From Bacillus subtilis subsp. subtilis str. 168 (GTDB taxonomy: Bacteria > Bacillota > Bacilli > Bacillales > Bacillaceae), in NCBI RefSeq assembly GCF_000009045.1, contig NC_000964.3, forward strand, positions 3,210,001 to 3,242,000: a stretch of 32,000 nt of DNA. Reading direction: 5' to 3'. Under the pieces are notes generated by a model. That model worked only from the letters and a program-made list of their open reading frames with translations, ran no database searches and had not been told where the DNA came from. Shown here one piece after another: positions 27,157 through 32,000 of the stretch. Position 1 is the stretch's first letter; each line of letters starts with the position of its first letter. The position numbers and the translations under genes were made by a program.

Positions 27157-28758
27157 ATGAAAAAAACATTAAAACTGCAAACCAGACTCACCATATTTGT
27201 TTGTATCGTTGTATTAATCGCATTGCTCATTACGTTTTTTACAGTCGGTGCCCAAACCACCAAACGAATTAGAGATCAGGAAAAGGCCACTGCGCTGCAG
27301 ACTGCTGAAATGGTAGCTGAAGCGCCGATGACAGCCGCTGCTTTAGAAAGCGGAAAAAAACAAAAGGAACTGCAGAGCTACACAAAGCGGGTTCAGAAAA
27401 TTACCGGCACGGAATTTGTTGTCGTCATGGATATGAACGGTATCCGCAAAACTCATCCTGACCCGAGCAAAATCGGAAAAAAATTCAGAGGCGGTGATGA
27501 GTCCGAGGTATTAAAAGGGCATGTCCATATCAGCACAGCCTCTGGCACGCTCGGGAAATCGCAGAGAGCGTTCGTCCCTGTCTACGCGGAGAATGGAAAA
27601 CAGGTCGGTGCAGTCGCGGTCGGCATCACCGTAAATGAAATTGATGAAGTGATCAGCCATAGCTTACGGCCGCTTTACTTTATTATTTGCGTCAGCATCT
27701 TCGTCGGTGTGATCGGAGCCGTTATCGTCGCCCGTACAGTGAAAAATATCATGTACGGACTTGAACCTTATGAAATTGCGACTCTGCTTGAAGAACGGAG
27801 CGCGATGCTGGAATCGACGAAGGAAGGAATACTCGCTGTCGATGAACATGGCAAAATTAAACTTGCCAACGCGGAAGCAAAACGCCTATTCGTCAAAATG
27901 GGCATCAACACAAATCCCATTGATCAGGATGTAGATGACATCTTGCCGAAAAGCCGCTTGAAAAAGGTCATTGAGACAAAAAAACCTCTTCAAGACAGAG
28001 ACGTCCGCATTAACGGGCTGGAGCTTGTGTTTAATGAAGTTCCTATCCAGCTGAAAGGACAAACTGTCGGAGCGATTGCAACATTCCGCGACAAGACCGA
28101 GGTAAAACATTTAGCTGAACAGCTTTCCGGTGTTAAAATGTATGCAAACGCACTGAGAGCGCAGTCTCATGAATTTATGAACAAACTGCATGTGATATTA
28201 GGTCTCGTCCAGCTGAAAGAGTATGATGATCTTGGAGATTATATTAAAGATATAGCCATACAGCAAAAATCAGAAACAAGTGAAATTATAAATGATGTCA
28301 AAAGCTCCGTACTGGCCGGTTTTCTGCTTGGAAAGCAAAGCTTTATACGTGAGCAGGGCGCAAATCTTGATATTGAATGCAACGGTGTCATCCCGAACGC
28401 GGCAGACCCTTCTGTCATCCATGAACTTATTACAATCATCGGAAATCTCATCAACAATGGCTTAGATGCCGTTGCCGATATGCCGAAAAAACAAATCACC
28501 ATGTCCATGCGCTTCCATAACAGCATACTTGATATTGAAATTACCGATACTGGAGCAGGCATGTCTGAAGAAGACCAAGCCAAAGTATTTGAACAAGGCT
28601 ATTCAACAAAGGGCAAAAACCGGGGATTCGGCCTTTATTTCACACAGCAAAGCATCGAAAATTTAAAAGGCCAAATGATCCTCACAAGCGAAAAGAATGA
28701 AGGAACGACATTCAGTATTCGCATCCCGTACGAACCGAAGGAGGAAAATCATGATTAA
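27157..28758 (+). CDS. malK: CitA/DcuS-type sensor histidine kinase (malate sensor)
   Basis: 533 aa (YufL): extracellular PAS-like region, [22 protein letters not shown]-box, [17 protein letters not shown]-box. Confidence 0.93.
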
Positions 28759-29458
28759 TGTACTAATAGTTGAAGATGACCCCATGGTGGGTGAATTAAA
28801 TAAACGATACTTAAGCCAAATAGATGGCTTTCAGCTGAAAGGCATCGCTTCTTCCTTTCAAAGCGCTCTGCATATTTTAGGGGAGCACCATATTGACCTC
28901 ATTTTGCTTGATATTTATATGCCGGGAAAAAACGGGCTGGAACTGCTGACGGAATTGAGAGCCCAAAATGAAGCGGTTGACGTGATTGTCATCTCAGCGG
29001 CCAGCGAGCTTGACGTGATCAAGAAAACACTTCGGTACGGAGCTGTTGATTATTTAATCAAACCGTTTGAATTTGAACGATTCCAAACGGCTCTGTCTGA
29101 TTACAGACGAAAACAAAAGGTGTATTCAACCCATCGCAACATGAGCCAAAAAGAACTGGACGCCGAGCTTTTTCAAAAGAAAGAAGCAACAGAAAAAGTG
29201 CAGCTTCCTAAAGGCCTGACAAAAAGCACGCTGAAGCTGATCTGGTCCAGTATCCAGTCATTTGAAAATGAATCTTTTACGACAGAAGACTTGGCAAAGC
29301 ACACAGAAATCTCTCAAGTATCCATACGAAAATACTTAAAGTTTCTTGAAGATATACAGGTTCTGAATGTAGAAATGGCGTACGGAACGATCGGAAGACC
29401 TGTGTTTCAGTACAACGTCAACAACAGTAACATTAACGGAATAAAGCAATATCTATAA
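28751..29458 (+). CDS. malR: CitB/DcuR-type response regulator (malate utilisation)
   Basis: 235 aa (YufM) from ATG 28751, overlapping malK by 8 nt. [21 protein letters not shown] and C-terminal HTH. Confidence 0.93.
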
Positions 29459-29495
29459 GAAAACGCACTGCTTGCTTTGAGCAGTGCGTTTTTCT
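29459..29495 (+). terminator. Terminator of malK-malR
   Basis: AAACGCACTGC / GCAGTGCGTTT followed by T's. Confidence 0.9.
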
Positions 29496-29827
29496 GTCAT
29501 ATCTCTTGCCAAGATGCTTGATTCTATTGTTGATAAGTTATACAAGAATAACAAAGGGCTTTCACATTTTTAAGCAAATAATTCTAAAAATAGATAATTT
29601 TTAAAAAATTATGCGAAATTCTATTTATTTCTTATTAGTTAAATGATAAATTATGATTGGTTAGTTGATCCCGAAAAACTAAGTCATAAGTCTTACTTCA
29701 GAAAACGATGTCACGGTTTTCCGCCCGGAACGCCTTCCGCATCCTTCTCTTCCCCGCCTTTCGAAGGAAATACTCACACCACGCTTATTCAGGGAAGAAT
29801 AGAACTGTCTCAGCGCATTCCATTTGT

Positions 29828-29842
29828 TATTATCAGAAAATT
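29828..29842. promoter_or_regulatory. CodY-box-like motif upstream of yufN
   Basis: TATTATCAGAAAATT versus the consensus AATTTTCWGAAAATT: 13 of 15 match. Confidence 0.55.
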
Positions 29843-29929
29843 TTATCGATTCTAAGAAATTGTTCAGGACAGCCCATCACATGACTGGCCGGATCAGCTT
29901 TGAACCAAATTTTTCTGGGGGGTTATATC

Positions 29930-31009
29930 TTGAATAAACGAAAAATCGGATTGGCGATGTCACTTGTGATCGCAGCAGGCACCATATTAGGAGCATGCGG
30001 AAACAGCGAAAAAAGCAGCGGCTCAGGCGAAGGCAAAAACAAATTCAGTGTGGCGATGGTTACTGACGTAGGCGGAGTGGATGACAAATCCTTCAACCAA
30101 TCAGCCTGGGAAGGCATCCAAGCCTTTGGGAAAGAGAATGGGCTGAAAAAAGGCAAAAACGGTTACGACTATCTTCAATCCAAATCTGATGCAGACTATA
30201 CAACGAACTTAAATAAATTGGCGCGTGAGAATTTTGACTTAATTTACGGCGTCGGCTACTTAATGGAGGATTCAATCAGCGAAATTGCTGACCAGCGTAA
30301 AAATACAAACTTTGCGATTATAGATGCTGTTGTCGATAAAGACAACGTCGCAAGTATTACGTTTAAAGAGCAGGAAGGCTCATTTCTCGTCGGAGTGGCC
30401 GCAGCCCTATCAAGCAAATCAGGAAAAATCGGCTTTGTAGGCGGCATGGAATCAGAGTTGATCAAAAAATTCGAGGTCGGCTTCCGTGCCGGCGTGCAAG
30501 CAGTTAACCCTAAAGCCGTTGTAGAAGTGAAATACGCAGGGGGTTTCGATAAAGCCGATGTCGGTAAAGCAACCGCCGAAAGCATGTATAAATCAGGCGT
30601 AGATGTTATTTATCACTCTGCGGGCGCCACTGGCACAGGCGTCTTTACTGAAGCGAAAAACCTGAAAAAAGAAGATCCAAAACGCGATGTCTGGGTCATC
30701 GGTGTCGATAAAGACCAATACGCAGAAGGCCAGGTAGAAGGAACAGATGATAACGTCACCCTCACTTCCATGGTGAAAAAAGTAGATACAGTCGTTGAAG
30801 ATGTAACGAAAAAAGCGAGTGACGGAAAGTTCCCGGGCGGCGAAACACTTACCTACGGGCTTGATCAAGACGGAGTCGGCATTTCTCCATCTAAACAAAA
30901 TCTATCGGATGATGTGATCAAAGCGGTCGATAAATGGAAGAAAAAAATCATCGACGGATTGGAAATCCCGGCAACTGAGAAAGAGCTGAAAACCTTCAAA
31001 GCTGAATAA
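29930..31009 (+). CDS. yufN: BMP/Med-family nucleoside-binding lipoprotein of an ABC importer
   Basis: 359 aa from TTG 29930 with SD GGGGGG at 7 nt. Lipobox TILGAC, then [24 protein letters not shown]. Confidence 0.94.
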
Positions 31010-31084
31010 GAATCGCAGGGATAAGGAGGTCGAGCCCTTATCCCTTGTTTTTCTTTTATTTTGAAATAAAGGAGCGGTCAATCA

Positions 31085-32000
31085 ATGGAATATGTCATTG
31101 AAATGCTCAATATCCGCAAGGCGTTTCCAGGTATCGTCGCCAATGACAATATCAATCTTCAAGTCAAAAAAGGCGAAATACACGCGTTGCTCGGTGAAAA
31201 CGGAGCGGGGAAATCAACATTGATGAATGTCCTTTTCGGGCTGTATCAGCCGGAGCGGGGTGAAATTCGGGTGCGCGGCGAGAAGGTGCACATCAACAGC
31301 CCGAACAAAGCGAATGACCTTGGAATTGGAATGGTGCACCAGCACTTTATGCTTGTTGACACCTTTACAGTTGCTGAAAATATTATTCTCGGGAAGGAGC
31401 CAAAGAAGTTTGGCAGAATTGACCGGAAGCGTGCTGGCCAAGAGGTGCAGGACATTTCCGATCGATACGGCCTGCAGATCCATCCTGAAGCAAAAGCAGC
31501 TGACATATCAGTCGGTATGCAGCAGCGCGCAGAAATATTAAAAACCCTCTACCGCGGTGCCGACATTCTGATTTTTGATGAACCGACGGCTGTTTTGACG
31601 CCTCATGAAATTAAGGAACTGATGCAAATTATGAAGAACCTGGTCAAAGAAGGGAAGTCCATCATCTTAATCACCCATAAGCTGAAAGAGATTATGGAGA
31701 TTTGTGACCGCGTTACGGTTATCCGTAAAGGAAAAGGCATCAAAACCCTTGATGTCCGTGATACAAACCAAGACGAACTCGCCAGTCTAATGGTCGGCCG
31801 TGAGGTATCGTTCAAAACTGAAAAGAGAGCTGCTCAGCCGGGAGCGGAAGTGCTTGCGATTGACGGCATAACTGTAAAGGATACCCGCGGAATAGAGACA
31901 GTCAGAGATTTGTCTCTTTCTGTCAAAGCGGGAGAAATAGTCGGCATAGCAGGCGTCGACGGAAACGGGCAATCTGAGCTGATCGAAGCGGTGACAGGAC
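31085..32000 (+). CDS. yufO: ABC transporter ATP-binding protein (double nucleotide-binding domain, sugar/nucleoside type), truncated by the window end
   Basis: Frame from ATG 31085 with SD AAGGAG: MEYVIEMLNIRKAFPGIVANDNINLQVKKGEIHALLGENGAGKSTLMN... No stop before 32000. Confidence 0.94.
   Translation, partial: MEYVIEMLNIRKAFPGIVANDNINLQVKKGEIHALLGENGAGKSTLMNVLFGLYQPERGEIRVRGEKVHINSPNKANDLGIGMVHQHFMLVDTFTVAENIILGKEPKKFGRIDRKRAGQEVQDISDRYGLQIHPEAKAADISVGMQQRAEILKTLYRGADILIFDEPTAVLTPHEIKELMQIMKNLVKEGKSIILITHKLKEIMEICDRVTVIRKGKGIKTLDVRDTNQDELASLMVGREVSFKTEKRAAQPGAEVLAIDGITVKDTRGIETVRDLSLSVKAGEIVGIAGVDGNGQSELIEAVTG

Noticed and set aside
31214-31541. Overlapping ORFs in the yufO coding region
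   Set aside because: Antisense shadows of a conserved ABC ATPase (Walker A and downstream region).
1-32000. Search for CRISPR arrays, tRNA/rRNA genes, prophage, transposases, toxin-antitoxin or phage-defence operons
   Set aside because: No regularly spaced direct repeats, no RNA-gene motifs and no such protein families were seen. The window is core-genome-like.

Overview
The window is dense, ordinary bacterial chromosome. Gene content, order and protein sequences match the Bacillus subtilis 168-type region from the mcpB/tlpA chemoreceptors to yufO. In window order: tlpA (5' part), mcpB, tgl, a small ORF, yugU, yugT, yugS, yugP, a small membrane ORF, mstX-yugO, yugN, yugM, pgi, yugK, yugJ, yuzA, yugI, alaR-alaT, yugF, yugE, patB, kinB, kapB, kapD, yuxJ, pbpD, yuxK, yufK, malK(yufL)-malR(yufM), yufN, yufO (partial). 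I see no CRISPR, rRNA, tRNA, prophage or transposase. Gene names come from recognising the sequences from memory; no database search was run. I found no clear new multi-gene system. The most interesting items are intergenic or gene-boundary signals: (1) a ~216-bp structured inverted-repeat element after yuxK that supplies the last codons and stop of yufK; (2) a terminator-like hairpin between a strong Shine-Dalgarno and the TTG start of yugS; (3) a probable ATT start for yuxJ that adds 10 residues missing from the ORF track; (4) a 34-codon remnant resembling the N-terminus of nitronate monooxygenase between tgl and yugU; (5) a plus-strand terminator with no plus-strand gene next to alaT, suggesting an unannotated small RNA; (6) sigma-D, sigma-K and CodY-like sites.
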